From Octopus bimaculoides (Eukaryota): 64,000 bases of DNA. The notes beneath the pieces were generated by a model. That model saw nothing but the letters and a program-made list of their open reading frames with translations, made no database searches and was not told where the DNA came from. Shown here piece after piece: positions 1-12,578 of the stretch. Numbering within the stretch: position 1 is the stretch's first letter; each line of letters begins with the position of its first letter. Location of the stretch: the NCBI RefSeq assembly GCF_001194135.2, contig NC_068983.1:141768920-141832919 (forward strand), given 5' to 3'. The position numbers were made by a program, and so were the translations under genes.

Positions 1-452
1 GGGGGTACACATGTATATCAGATAAATCAGAATCCAATAAGACTGGTGGTAACAAGACTTGTATTTGGGGAAATAGTGATACGGAAGGCTACAGTGAAGT
101 TGCCGTGGGGAGTGGAATATCCAGCGTTTCAGGCAGAGTTCTTCTTTGGGGCAAATAAAACCGAAGGGAAATTAAAAAAACACACCAGGATTCATAGGCT
201 TATATATTATACATGTGAGAATGTTTGTGCTTTTACCATTCGTTTATTACAGGAGCAAAACAAAATTGCTTACTTCATTTTTAATACTCGATTCCAGACC
301 AAATTAGTTAAGTCTGTAAAATTCGGAAACTTTAAGAATATAACCTGAATATATGTACACATATATGCACATGTATGTGTGCATGCATACACACACATAT
401 GCACACATACATACATGTATGCATGCATGACTACTGGAATATACATACATAT

Positions 453-617
453 TGTTGTGTCGACGCCCCCAGGCGAAGAAGTAGGAGCACCCAAGACATA
501 TAAATAGAGGTAGTCTGGCCGTGGTAGGTGTGTTGAGTAGCAGTCGAGTAGCAGTTGTGTAGCGGTTGAGTAGAGATCATCAGAAGGTGGTAGATAGCAG
601 TAGCTTGAGACATAACA
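453..617. mobile_element. Short solo LTR (165 bp) inserted in a (CATA)n microsatellite
   Basis: Begins TGTTGTGTC and ends GACATAACA (TG...CA, 9-bp terminal inverted repeat with 1 mismatch). Internal TATAAATA near 500. Flanks CATAT/CATAC resemble a 5-bp TSD with 1 mismatch. Confidence 0.6.
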
Positions 618-2354
618 CATACATACATACATACATACATACATACATACATACATACATACATACATACATACATACATACAACCCACGCATACACATA
701 CATCGCAGAAACTGATTCTGAAAAACCTTGATTTATGTGTTTTGAACGACCGCTTTGTATATAAACTTTATGATAAGCCGAGTAGTTTTCAATTTTTGTT
801 TACTTTGTGCCAAAAACATTCTGAGAACTGGCAATTCTGAAAAGTTCACCAATCAGGAAATGTTTATTTATTTACTTTAAGAATTGCCAGTTAGCCCCTT
901 CTCTGGCATGCACATCATTTCAAACGGATAGGATTTTGTTAAACATATAATCAATCAAGATTTACGTTAGAAGAAACTTCGACATGGTGGTCGCTCCACC
1001 TGCTAGAAATAGCAGCTAAATCTGTGTCAAACCACAACAGCCCGTCTTAGATGCAGAATGAATACATTGGATAATGCAGTCCTGCATACTCCTACATACA
1101 TGATAGTTGTGGCTGAAATGCTTTTGATCGTGGAATAAATAATAATAATAAAGGTATTGATAAAGCATAGAATTAATGTTTACAGAGAGTCATAGCACGT
1201 GTCGTTCATATTCTTGGTTTCATGTCTTCAGAGAGCTGGTTATTTGGACGTTCTTCTTCCTTTGGGATGATAAAAGGTGAACAGCATGTTTGAAGGTTTC
1301 ACAATGTATATTAACAAGAGTTAGTTATACGACTCTCCATCATCGCATACTGCATATCGTACATAGTCAAAGCCATCTAAATCATTTGGTCAATGTATAT
1401 CAGTGCAATTAATCAATGATATTGATGTGACGTTGACCGAACGCTCACACATCACTAACACAATATCTGGAGGTTTCTCATCTGAAACGCTTGATATTTT
1501 ATGTTGTTTTGCTCCTAATGTTGATGATACTGCTGTTGTTATTATTATTTAACCCTCGGTCAGCTTTGCCCGAGCATGTCTATGATCAAGGGTGTTACAA
1601 CTATGACTCTTCCGTCTTTTTTTTATCTTGGACTATGTTATATAAATTCTAAATAGGGACAGTGGTATTTGATGTAGAGATATGGCTGCTATATCTATCA
1701 GATTGATAGATATGTACTTGCTTCTTCATCAGTTCATATTTTTTATTGGCCAGTGATTAGCAGAAAGATATTTCTATTGTAGTCGTTTAACCACCCGGTC
1801 AGCACTGATCGAACAAATGCATGGTCAAAGGCACTCCAGCCTTGCTCCATACCTTCTTTAATTCAGACAAAATATATCTATGACTCAAAACGAACTCATT
1901 CGGTGACGTTAGGTGTAATTTAATGAAGATTTGGCTGCTTTTCTAGTTGTTGAGGAACTGCCTAGAGGCTTCCTCACTGTTGTTAATGGTGTCCTTGTTT
2001 GCTTGTTGTAACGGAGACAGTTGTGTAATTGGTGTTGATGATGGCAATGATGGGATAGTTGGTGTCTATGATATAGTGAAGGTATTGTTGGTTGTGTGTA
2101 TATATATGTACGCGCGCGTGCACACACACGTACGCGCGCACGCACATGCACACACATAGACACATACACATACATATATATTCTGCTAGTATTATATATA
2201 TATATATATATATATAAACACGTCACTAAAGTGGCAAACGGTACTAATCGGCACCAGTATTGCTAGAAATAAGAATCAAAACAACTCAGTAGTCACAGAA
2301 ACACTATCACAATGAATTAACAAGGGAGATAAGCTCCCCACGGTCGCAAATATA

Positions 2355-2414
2355 GCCCGATCATCGATGATTTCGCATTTTGGTGCTTAACGCATCTTAA
2401 TGCTCATCGGTGGC
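2355..2414 (-). ncRNA. Type I hammerhead ribozyme motif (CCGAUGA variant core)
   Basis: Minus strand reads GCCA CCGATGA GCATT...AATGC GAAA TCATCGATGA TC GGGC. Stem II is GCATT/AATGC, stem III is the palindrome ATCATCGATGAT, the cleavage triplet is AUC, and stem I GCCA/GGGC has 1 mismatch. Confidence 0.7.
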
Positions 2415-2512
2415 CCTCACCGCGCCTAGGGTTTATGAAATCAGTGTATGATTTCAACGGAAATCTTTTAAGCTGACATGGCATGCAGAGTTTAACCCTG
2501 GGCGCAGTGAGA

Positions 2513-2575
2513 GCCACCGATGGGAAATAAGATGCGGCAAGCATCAAGATGCGAAATCATCGATGATCATCTGGC
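2513..2575 (+). ncRNA. Decayed mirror copy of the same HHR
   Basis: GCCA CCGATGG GAAAT...GATGC GAAA TCATCGATGA TC atc TGGC: A9->G change, decayed stem II 5' strand and a 3-nt duplication after the cleavage site. Stem I GCCA/TGGC is perfect. Confidence 0.55.
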
Positions 2576-3798
2576 TCTATCTACGACCGTAGGGAGCTTG
2601 CCTCCCTTGTCAGTTCATTAAGATAGTGCTTTTGTGACTATTGAGTTGATTTGACTCTTATTTCTAGCAATACTGGTGCTGATTAGTACCCTTTATCATT
2701 TTAGTGACGTATATATTTCTGCCTTTAGGTTGTAAAACTACGTATTAGCCACCCATATTGCGCGCGCGTGTATGTGTGTGTGTTGGCAGAATTGCTAGAC
2801 TGTCCTACAGTATTTGTTCCTTGGCTCTGACGTCAAATCCTAACACAGTCAACATTATCTTACTTCCTTTTGAGGCCGATAAAAAGTTCCAATCCAAGTC
2901 GGTGGATTGATGGAATTGTTGAAACCTCAAACAAGTTGCCTTACTTTATCTGTTCCGGCACTATCATTGTCAGATACTCTATCTTGATGATAGCGTGTTC
3001 GAGCTAGTAAACATATAAAACATAATGACCAGTACCATTGTCATTTACACCTACTATCCATTTCTTTTCTCAATTCGTTTCTTTCTTTACTTCCTTAGTC
3101 TTTCTCTTTCTATACTCTTTCTATATAAAGTAAATGGCTCATCTTCACTTTCGACGATGAGTACTCCACTTGTTCGACTAACGATACTGTTTGCTCATGG
3201 AATCATAGTGGAAATATTCATTTGTACTTTTGACGCAATTGTTAGGCAACATCAGCGTGACATATAGTGAGTAACAAGCTCGTTTGTTCAAACAACTGGA
3301 AAACTTATCGTCAAGTTCAACACAGGATCCAGTAACGCTCTATGTGCATATGCACACAGTCAGAGACATAGCGTTTATATTAATTTCATATTCTGTATGA
3401 ATGATACGAGGAGACATGTTGATGGCTGCCATTTTAATATATCTATCACCTTACTTTCTATAGTAGGAGCACATTTAGGATTACTAATCTTCCATAACTC
3501 CGTGTGTATGCGTGAGTATTTAAAGAGATATAAACACTATTTGAACTAAGATGGGGTATTAATATCTGTGTGTGTCTATGTCTATGTATCTGTGTGCGTG
3601 TATGTCTGATTGCGTCTGTAAATTTTTTATGTGTCCGGTGCAGGGCGAAGACCGAAGGCCAAAAATTTTGAAAAGTATATATAGTCATACGTTTGTTTTC
3701 ATGTTTTGTAAGTAGAAAGTTGTTTGTGTACTCTTGTTGTTTTATTGTCTATAAATCAAAATAACAAATGAATACACACACACGCGCACACAAACACA

Positions 3799-3835
<37 letters not shown>

Positions 3836-4779
3836 TGCAGGTCTATGACCTATATATGTTGTGGTTGTGAGATGCCCTTCTAAGGGCATATAGTACACTA
3901 CATTTCTTCATTGCAATGTATCTGTGGGCTGGTTGTGCATATTCAACAGTTTTTTTAGTGGAAGGTATTTTTCTTTAATAATCTGATGTCTAGCAGGGAT
4001 TTTTTTTTTTTTCTACTACTATGATTTTTAAAGTTTGTTTCATCTAATGCTTTCTTAACTTTGTCAGATTTTTCATCTCTGTACGAAGCATTGATGAATG
4101 TCATATCTTGAAATTTATTGACGTCATACCTAGAGCTTTTCTAGTCAAGTTTCATTTTTTTTTTCCTTTCCCATCTTGTTCCTAAATTGGCCTCGGCACA
4201 CTTTGAAATGCTGCTGATTATAGTTTCAAACTTTGGTAGGGGAGTGTTTTTCTACACATTCTGATTAGCTCTTTTTAGTTATATCCAGAAAATTGTATGC
4301 ATTGGATAAAACCCTGTTCACCAGATGGACACATTCGAGATACATTTCTCATTATCCTAAATAGATTAGCTATCAAGTTGCTTTTGCATTGGTAGACATT
4401 GCAGAGCTCTAGAAGCTTAAGTGCTTTGTGGCCTTAGGTTTCATGTAATTCGAGTCGAGTAGTTGTTTCTTGCCACTTATAATTTCAATCCATTGTTCAG
4501 TATCTAGAATCGGTAGTCTTTTGTTGGGGTGTTTAGACGGACAGTGGATGGTTACCCTTATACTTTGCTGAATGGAGTTTGCCATATTCTGAGGCTTTCT
4601 ATAGTATCTTTTCCTGTGTATCATCGTGTTTATGGTATAGTATGATTGTTTTAATCCCAGCATTTCTGGTACGGTGGGATTAACCAATTGAAGCAGTGTC
4701 TAATAGAGAGACACATGTATTGTAATGTACACTTGGCCTGTCGACAGCATAAACTTTATAATAAAAACCACTCTCCAAG

Positions 4780-4932
<153 letters not shown>

Positions 4933-4960
4933 GGACAGATAGATAATATACATACATACA

Positions 4961-4991
<31 letters not shown>

Positions 4992-7019
4992 GTACGTGTA
5001 CATATGCAAAAACACTCTATATACCAGTCTGATATTTAGAAGTCTCCGATTGTTCGAGTGCCCACCTAAAGAAATAAGTTTTCTTACATCTTAATTGGAA
5101 CAGTTGCCAAGCCGTCAGTAAAGTCTCTAGACCGTATTGAGTGACGTTAGTAAATGGTGCTCTCCCTTTATTACAGATATATGAATATTCTTGCCAGAAT
5201 TTCAGTTTGACCGTTGGCTTTATACATAATCTGTCTGATAGACAGGCAGATATTTCTGATTCTGAGTAGTGTATGCATATTCATTATGTTATTTTAGTAT
5301 TGTGCTGTTTTTTTTTAATGTTATTTTTCTTCAACTGAAGGTCAGCCCTGATTGAGTTGACATGTGATTGAAGGCTTTTCAGCTGTGACCACTCCAGCTT
5401 TTTGTAAATCTCCAACTCCAGATTACAGGGCGTGATTTGAAGAGAATATGGCTGCTATTTCAAGTCAACTAAGACTTTTACTTTAATTATCAGCATCTCA
5501 GAATTAAAACTATCTCTTCGCCATCAAGCTATATTATTATCACATCACACTGCCGTAATGTTTCTCTCATTTATTTTTTCCGGTGTGAATAGATTTCATT
5601 AACATTATGCGGTAGCTCTCCGTTCGCGGGTGAATAATTTAGTTAAAATGTTGTTATACGGAAATGCTACTGTAGAAGAAACTTGTCTTAAGGTAGCATT
5701 ACTGAGATGACAGAAGCTGACTTAAAAAGTAGGAGTTAAAAGTTTGGGGTGTATGCTGAGATGTAAGAGAGAGGGTCGTAACTCGATATGTTGAATAAGT
5801 GGTTGTGGAACGTATAGTTAGTTTAGTGACTGGTTGAATGGCAAGTTGGTCGCCTCGGTTGTTGTTGTTGCTATGACGATTTGGTACTTTAGTGAGTGAT
5901 GGTGGAAAAATATGATCAACCGTCTGAATGAAGGTAGAGACGAAATTTTGCTTGGATGGAAAAATTAAAACTAAAGTAGTGGAGTTGGGGAGAGAGCCAA
6001 CAGATAAGAAACGAGGATCTCGAGTAAAAGTTTTGGAAAAGAAGCACTTTTTGTGCATGTAATGTGACTGTACGTGTGTGCGTGAATGCTTTTGTAAGTG
6101 CGCGTATATATCTTCGTATACGTGTTATAAACAGCAAGTTTAAACGCTGATCTTTTGACGTGCACTCACATACACGCACACACACATACACACACACACA
6201 CGTACACACACATACATACATGCATACAGAGAAAAAGAGAGTGGGTGAGTAAGAGAGAGAAGGTTTGTATGCGTGAGAGGGAAACAACATAGGGAACTAT
6301 TCAATTTGACGGCCAAATTTTTTTATTATTTTTTTTTAACTAAACACTTTGAAACTTCGGATACTGGTAGAATGTGTCACATAGAACAGAGTTTACTCTT
6401 AACGTTTTTGACAAAGTTTTGTATTTTAGAAGTTATGTCGTGTTAAAGTTGTCGTATTTGGGTAATTTTAACCAATCAATGACGTGTATTCAGCTGAAAA
6501 AAATTACTGCTACTGTTTCCGAACAACTTCCGGGTCCATTCTCTCTCTCTCTCTCTNNNNNNNNNNNNNNNNNNNNNNNNNNNNNNNNNNNNNNNNNNNN
6601 NNNNNNNNNNNNNNNNNNNNNNNNNNNNNNNNNNNNNNNNNNNNNNNNNNNNNNNNNNNNNNNNNNNNNNNNNNNNNNNNNNNNNNNNNNNNNNNNNNNN
6701 NNNNNNNNNNNNNNNNNNNNNNNNNNNNNNNNNNNNNNNNNNNNNNNATATGCACACACACACACATTAATAATAGGCAGAAGTTAGTGACAGTGACCAA
6801 ATTCGTGTTTGGTAAGTGCCAATGATATATACATACATATATGTGTAAAACAATTACGCAATCGAACCAATGAAAGAGCTTCTACCTGATCACTCGACAC
6901 GCTAAAAATAGCAGCCAAAGTATCCCCCTACCTAAATCACACGCCCGTTGTACATAATGTCCTAGATTATCCCTAAAAAGAAAGGAACACAGAATGAAAC
7001 AAGGAGAGAAAATAAAGAA

Positions 7020-8335
7020 TGTGTAGTGGCTAGCGATCTATCATGACGAATGCCGGATAGAGGGGTCACATAGGGGAGCTAAGAAGAAGGGGAAATGTGC
7101 GCGTGCGTGTGTATAAGAGAGCATGCATGTGCATGTGGAAGAGGGCTGGTGACCTTGACGTGTGTATATGTGGGGCTAGGAAGTGGTCAGTGCTAGTGTG
7201 TGCGTGGTGGTGTGATGTGATGTGATGTGATGTGGTGTTGTGTAGTATGGTGGTGTATGGTGTAGTGGTGCGTGGTGTGATGTTGTTGGGATGTGGGGGA
7301 GGCGAGAGTGGGAAAGCAAGGGTGGGATGTGGGTTAGGCTGAGGGTGGGGGTAGAGGTGGGGTGTGTAGGAGTGGGTGTAAGGGATAGGGTGGGGAATGG
7401 GATGGGAGGGATAGGGAAGNNNNNNNNNNNNNNNNNNNNNNNNNNNNNNNNNNNNNNNNNNNNNNNNNNNNNNNNNNNNNNNNNNNNNNNNNNNNNNNNN
7501 NNNNNNNNNNNNNNNNNNNNNNNNNNNNNNNNNNNNNNNNNNNNNNNNNNNNNNNNNNNNNNNNNNNNNNNNNNNNNNNNNNNNNNNNNNNNNNNNNNNN
7601 NNNNNNNNNNNNNNNNNNNNNNNNNNNNNNNNNNNNNNNNNNNNNNNNNNNNNNNNNNNNNNNNNNNNNNNNNNNNNNNNNNNNNNNNNNNNNNNNNNNN
7701 NNNNNNNNNNNNNNNNNNNNNNNNNNNNNNNNNNNNNNNNNNNNNNNNNNNNNNNNNNNNNNNNNNNNNNNNNNNNNNNNNNNNNNNNNNNNNNNNNNNN
7801 NNNNNNNNNNNNNNNNNNNNNNNNNNNNNNNNNNNNNNNNNNNNNNNNNNNNNNNNNNNNNNNNNNNNNNNNNNNNNNNNNNNNNNNNNNNNNNNNNNNN
7901 NNNNNNNNNNNNNNNNNNNNNNNNNNNNNNNNNNNNNNNNNNNNNNNNNNNNNNNNNNNNNNNNNNNNNNNNNNNNNNNNNNNNNNNNNNNNNNNNNNNN
8001 NNNNNNNNNNNNNNNNNNNNNNNNNNNNNNNNNNNNNNNNNNNNNNNNNNNNNNNNNNNNNNNNNNNNNNNNNNNNNNNGTGTTGGAAAGGTAAGGGCAA
8101 GTGCGGCAGCGTGGGCGGGAGCAGGGGAACGTGCTGGGTTGGGAGGTTGGGTTAGGAAAGAAGCTGTCGACCAAGAGGTCTCGTAGGTTGTGGGCTCGTT
8201 TGAAGGAGGGGAGGGGTCGGTTAGGGAAGATGTGCGATGCTGAGGGGACGGACTGGAGTCGCCGAAAGGCTCGGAGAATGGTGCGTTGGAGAGGTAGGGT
8301 GGTGGAGTGATAGGTGAGGGGAAACGGGAGACAGG
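7020..8335 (-). mobile_element. 5'-truncated Penelope-like element remnant (RT C-terminus/linker toward GIY-YIG); middle lies in an N-gap
   Basis: Minus-strand 8080-8335 encodes LTYHSTTLPLQRTILRAFRRLQSVPSASHIFPNRPLPSFKRAHNLRDLLVDS...TFPCSRPRCRTCPY, matching the PLE pattern YHP...IF...P...FKR..NLRDLLV plus the C-x4-C-x2-C linker. The extent left of the gap (7020-7419) is inferred. Confidence 0.75.
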
Positions 8336-8414
8336 AGACGGCGGGGCGAGTGATATGTATATATGAGTGTGTGTGCGTATGTGTGTGTGTGTGCGCGCGC
8401 GCGTGTGTGTGTGT

Positions 8415-8650
8415 ATGTGGAGGCTTGTGGCTTAAGGTGGTTAAGGTGTTGGACTCATGACCGTAAAATTGTGGTTTCGATTCCTGGACCGGGCAACGCG
8501 TTGTGTTCTTGAACAAAACACTTCATTGCACGTTGCTCCAGTTCACTTAGCTGTCAAAAATTAGTAATTCTGTGACGGACCGGCGTCTCCTCCAGGTTTG
8601 GAATATATACGTCATTGAAATCGGGAAACCGGCCCTCATGAGCCTAACAT
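8415..8650 (+). mobile_element. tRNA-derived SINE (head/body shared with the 48295-48615 and ~63010-63140 copies)
   Basis: A-box-like GTGGCTTAAGGTGG, B-box-like GGTTTCGATTCC, and body CGCGTTGTGTTCTTGAACAAAACACTTCATTGCACGTTGCTCCAG. Confidence 0.7.
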
Positions 8651-8708
8651 GGCTCGATTTAAAGCTTCACAGGCTTCTTACAGAAAGCTAGCTCGCCGGG
8701 CTTAGCTG

Positions 8709-8785
8709 GATTCAGGTTAACAGAGTCCGATGAGCTGGGTTTCCGTAAGAAACCTACGAAACTTTAAGTCTTTTGGAGCCGAATC
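8709..8785 (+). ncRNA. Single type I HHR motif (CCGAUGA core, GUC cleavage site)
   Basis: CCGATGA at 8727-8733. Stem II is TGGGTTTC-cgtaa-GAAACCTA (8 bp), GAAA at 8758-8761, stem III ACTT-t-AAGT, GTC ending at 8770. Degenerate extended stem I: GATTC..CAGAG / TTTTG..GAATC. Confidence 0.65.
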
Positions 8786-10423
8786 AAATTGCTTTAACAA
8801 AGAATATATGTAACTCTTGCTAAATGCATTGAAAGTCTTTCTTTCGTTGTTCCACTCATCTATGTATATAGATACGCGCCCACACGCACACGCACACACA
8901 CACATACATACATACATACATACATACATACATACATACATCAGTAAAACCTTCCAGAGGTTTATCATTTTAGTATATATGAGCATGTTTAGACATGCAA
9001 CTATAATGCATGAGAATATATACATAAAACAATACACAAATCTANNNNNNNNNNNNNNNNNNNNNNNNNNNNNNNNNNNNNNNNNNNNNNNNNCACACGC
9101 ACACGCACACACACACATACATACATACATACATACATACATACATACATACATCAGTAAAACCTTCCAGAGGTTTATCATTTTAGTATATATGAGCATG
9201 TTTAGACATGCAACTATAATGCATGAGAATATATACATAAAACAATACACAAATCTACACATATACATGCATACAGACAAAAATATATAGTTGAAATTCC
9301 AGTGAAGTAGCCTTGGATGTAGGTTAGAAACCAGTTCTTTCTCTATTGGCAAGAAAGCTTGAAATAAAACCGAATAATGACATACATACATACATATNNN
9401 NNNNNNNNNNNNNNNNNNNNNNNNNNNNNNNNNNNNNNNNNNNNNNNNNNNNNNNNNNNNNNNNNNNNNNNNNNNNNNNNNNNNNNNNNNNNNNNNNNNN
9501 NNNNNNNNNNNNNNNNNNNNNNNNNNNNNNNNNNNNNNNNNNNNNNNNNNNNNNNNNNNGTAGGTTAGAAACCAGTTCTTTCTCTATTGGCAAGAAAGCT
9601 TGAAATAAAACCGAATAATGACATACATACATACATATGCATCTTCGCCACCTAACCACACCACCACTATCTGCCATCAGCACCAACCTAACCACCATCA
9701 ACACCAAAACTAATGTAACCACGTTACCAACCCCTTAATAACTAACAACAGCAACAACTGTATGAACAAGATAAGCAATTCCATCTAAAATAAAAGATAA
9801 TCACATGAGATTATATGGTTCCCTAGTGTATTTTGAAAGTTGAATGAAGTGTCTTTGAATTTAGGTCAGTGAGGAATGATTTGAGACGAAACATCAACAA
9901 CAATACAATTAACACAAACAAAACCCCACACCATCATCATCAACATCAAAGCCAATACAACAATCACCACCATCACTACCAACCCGCCAACTTTTGAATA
10001 ACCAACTGGCAATAGTTACAATAGTATGAGCATGGTAGCAATATCTGTAACTGCATATTTTGTATGTTAACACAGCGGTGTGTATATATGTGTGTGAGAG
10101 AGAGAGAGGGGGGGGGGAGACAGACAGGCAGATAGGCAAACAGATTTACAGGTAGACAGAAGTAAAGTGTGACGCTTTTGTGGCTCAAGCCAGAGACGCA
10201 AGGGATGATGTACCTATGAGTCGGGTTACTCTTTTAACTACCTCTAATCACACAGTTCTTTCTCCCACCTCACTTCTTTACCCTCGAAATATCTCATTTC
10301 ATAAGAATAAGAGCAACATTTTTCTCTCACAAAACAGTTCTTTCTTGGTGCTCTTTTTTTACTACATATTTGTTGTGGATAATTATTGATTGCTCCTACT
10401 GCTGGATTTACTTATAATTCAAG

Positions 10424-10715
10424 ATGTCTAGAAAGAAACCAATAAGCAGAAATGAGAGCAACAATACGAAAAGGAACTGTAAAAAGTATACACTTGACAT
10501 TAAATTTGATTTTTTATAACAAAAAAAAAGGGCTTGATGCGAACGAAAAATTTAGCCATATTGCCTAAACATTAAAGCTCGTAATGACTACAGTGGAAAC
10601 GTAATGTCTACAGTGACAAAAGGACGAAAATTAAGTCAAATGCTCAAGAAGTTACTCCGCTAACTGCTTGGACCTTATTTTTGCATAGATCTAAAGTGAT
10701 GCTTAAAATGGGGTG
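10424..10715 (+). mobile_element. Degenerate Tigger/pogo transposase N-terminus (CENP-B-type HTH)
   Basis: Reads MSRKKPISRNESNNTKRNCKKYTLDIKF..(frameshift)..LDANEKFSHIA*TLKL..KDEIKSNAQEVTPL, resembling the Tigger HTH-psq region. Contains stops and frameshifts. Confidence 0.5.
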
Positions 10716-11512
10716 GTTCTGGGGTGTATGGAGCGATGATCTGACTCAACGTTATCGGTATACATGTTTCAGGTTGTTGCTTTGCAGTCGACCCTGACCA
10801 AGAAAAACCTATGATCAAAATCGTTCCTGTCGTGAGCAACCTATATCATTTTGATGTCAAGGACTAGATTGCTTGATGTTTCCTTCCTTTTAAGATAAGG
10901 ATGCATGATTTGAGATTTAGCTGCTATTTTTAGCAGAACGAAAGACCACATAAAGCCTCTTTCGTTGGTTCGTAAAAGAATGAAAGGCAAAGTCGACTTC
11001 GGCGGAATTTGCGTAATTGTTCATATTACAAGCATAGCTATAGTATACCTGCATTTTTAGCTTTCAGGTAATGGTCGCACAATAATTCAGATGTCGGATT
11101 ATGAATTTCTGCTAATTGTATGAAAAATATTGTATTTATTCAATCATTGATGAGGCAAAACTCAGTAAATTCAGTCAAATACTAGTGTCAATTTAATTTT
11201 CCCCTTCCCCCCATCCCCCCCACACCATCATCAATTATGTACGGCCTTGTGTTTCTGTTAGAAATCATTTATCTATGAGAACTGTTGTGGTGGAAGACTT
11301 TGTGTTACATTCCTAGGAATAACGAAAGTTACTTCTTGTCAGGCTTTCTTTTAACAATAGTTAATCATTGTTAATTAAAACAGTTTATTTTCAACCTTAA
11401 TATGATTCTTACCTCTTCTCATCCCACAAAATCCACAGTGTGAGTGGGAGAGTGTCATCTGTATCGTCAAATTGTTTCGTGTATCATCCTTTTTTTCTCT
11501 CTTTTTCTGTAG

Positions 11513-11539
11513 GAGAAACAAAACATTTTTATGAAACTT
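11513..11539 (+). CDS. Candidate 27-nt micro-exon (EKQNIFMKL in phase 0)
   Basis: Long polypyrimidine tract plus TGTAG acceptor (AG 11511-11512) and GTGAGT donor at 11540. Length is a multiple of 3. No homology evidence. Confidence 0.3.
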
Positions 11540-12460
11540 GTGAGTAGCTAGCAAGCTAGCATGTTAATGTACGAATAACCTAGATTCCTCAAAGAACGTT
11601 GTAATATTGGCATTCAAAAGTGTTGAGGGCATTCCTTTTTGTTATTTTCTGGCAATATTTCATTTACATTGCCATATCAACCAAAAATGTTCTAACAATA
11701 AAAATGAAGCAAAATACCTTTTGTCAAAATCCTATAGACGTATATAAAATGACTGAAAACTAATCTCACACTTGTTTTAATTTTCAAAAAAAAAAAAAAA
11801 AAAGGTACTGCAAACCAACTGGTAACTTTCATTCATCTTCAGGTTGAAAACAACTAAAGGGTCCCGTAAACACTGTTCTGGAGCATTCAGTTATTAAATA
11901 CATATTTTATTTTATTGACTGATATTTATCTTAGGAATGAAAGTTAAGGTTGACTTTGGCAAGAATTGAACTCAGAAAGAAAGCAAAACGACATCACCTA
12001 AATACTGCCGCACCCCGCCTCCGTACTTCTAAGTAATGATCTTTGATTTAGAAACAAGGCCACACATTTGTGAAGAGAAGTGTGTTTTTGTTTTGTTTTT
12101 GTTTTGTTTTTGTTTTTTCTTTTTTTAATGATTAGCCAAGAAGGCTTCCCAGAATGGGAGGAAAAGAAGGAAGATATCCTTGAATCAAAAACTTGGCGCG
12201 AATGACTGTGTGATTTGGCTGCTAATTCAAAGCGATTGAGGAATAGTGGGGGTAACTGTATTTTATCCTTGTTGTGATTATCACACGGTAAAGATGCTGT
12301 TATCATGCCGTTCAAGTCGTGTGTTTACTCTACGAAAATATTCGTGAGTGTGACCTTGTTGAAGAGGTCACCCAGTAGACATCGTTCGGCACCAAGAAAA
12401 TAGTGGCATATGTTTATATACATACATACATACATACATACATACATAACGTTGGTGCGC

Positions 12461-12578
<118 letters not shown>

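Larger units (their letters stand above)
2220..2710. mobile_element. Fold-back element: two ~215-bp inverted arms (about 2220-2435 and 2492-2710) with a ~56-nt spacer, each arm carrying an HHR motif
   Basis: ACGTCACTAAA...GGTACTAATCGGCACCAGTATTGCTAGAAATAAGA on the left is the reverse complement of TCTTATTTCTAGCAATACTGGTGCTGATTAGTACC...TTTAGTGACGT on the right. Homology continues inward to GCGCCTAGGGTTTA / TAACCCTGGGCGC. Flanked by TA runs. Confidence 0.85.

Noticed and set aside
7020-7090. Possible HHR at the presumed 3' end of the PLE remnant (minus strand)
   Set aside because: Neither core element is readable (CCTATGT, GATAGATC), so it cannot be supported from the sequence.
8881-9638. Apparent exact duplications 8881-9044/9094-9257 and 9319-9397/9560-9638
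   Set aside because: Each pair flanks a short N-gap and is essentially identical, the typical signature of unmerged contig overlaps. Treated as an assembly artefact.
12136-12205. Possible terminal exon QEGFPEWEEKKEDILESKTWRE* after a T-rich tract
   Set aside because: No recognisable homology, not in frame with the 11513 micro-exon, and the tract may simply be a (TTTTG)n repeat.
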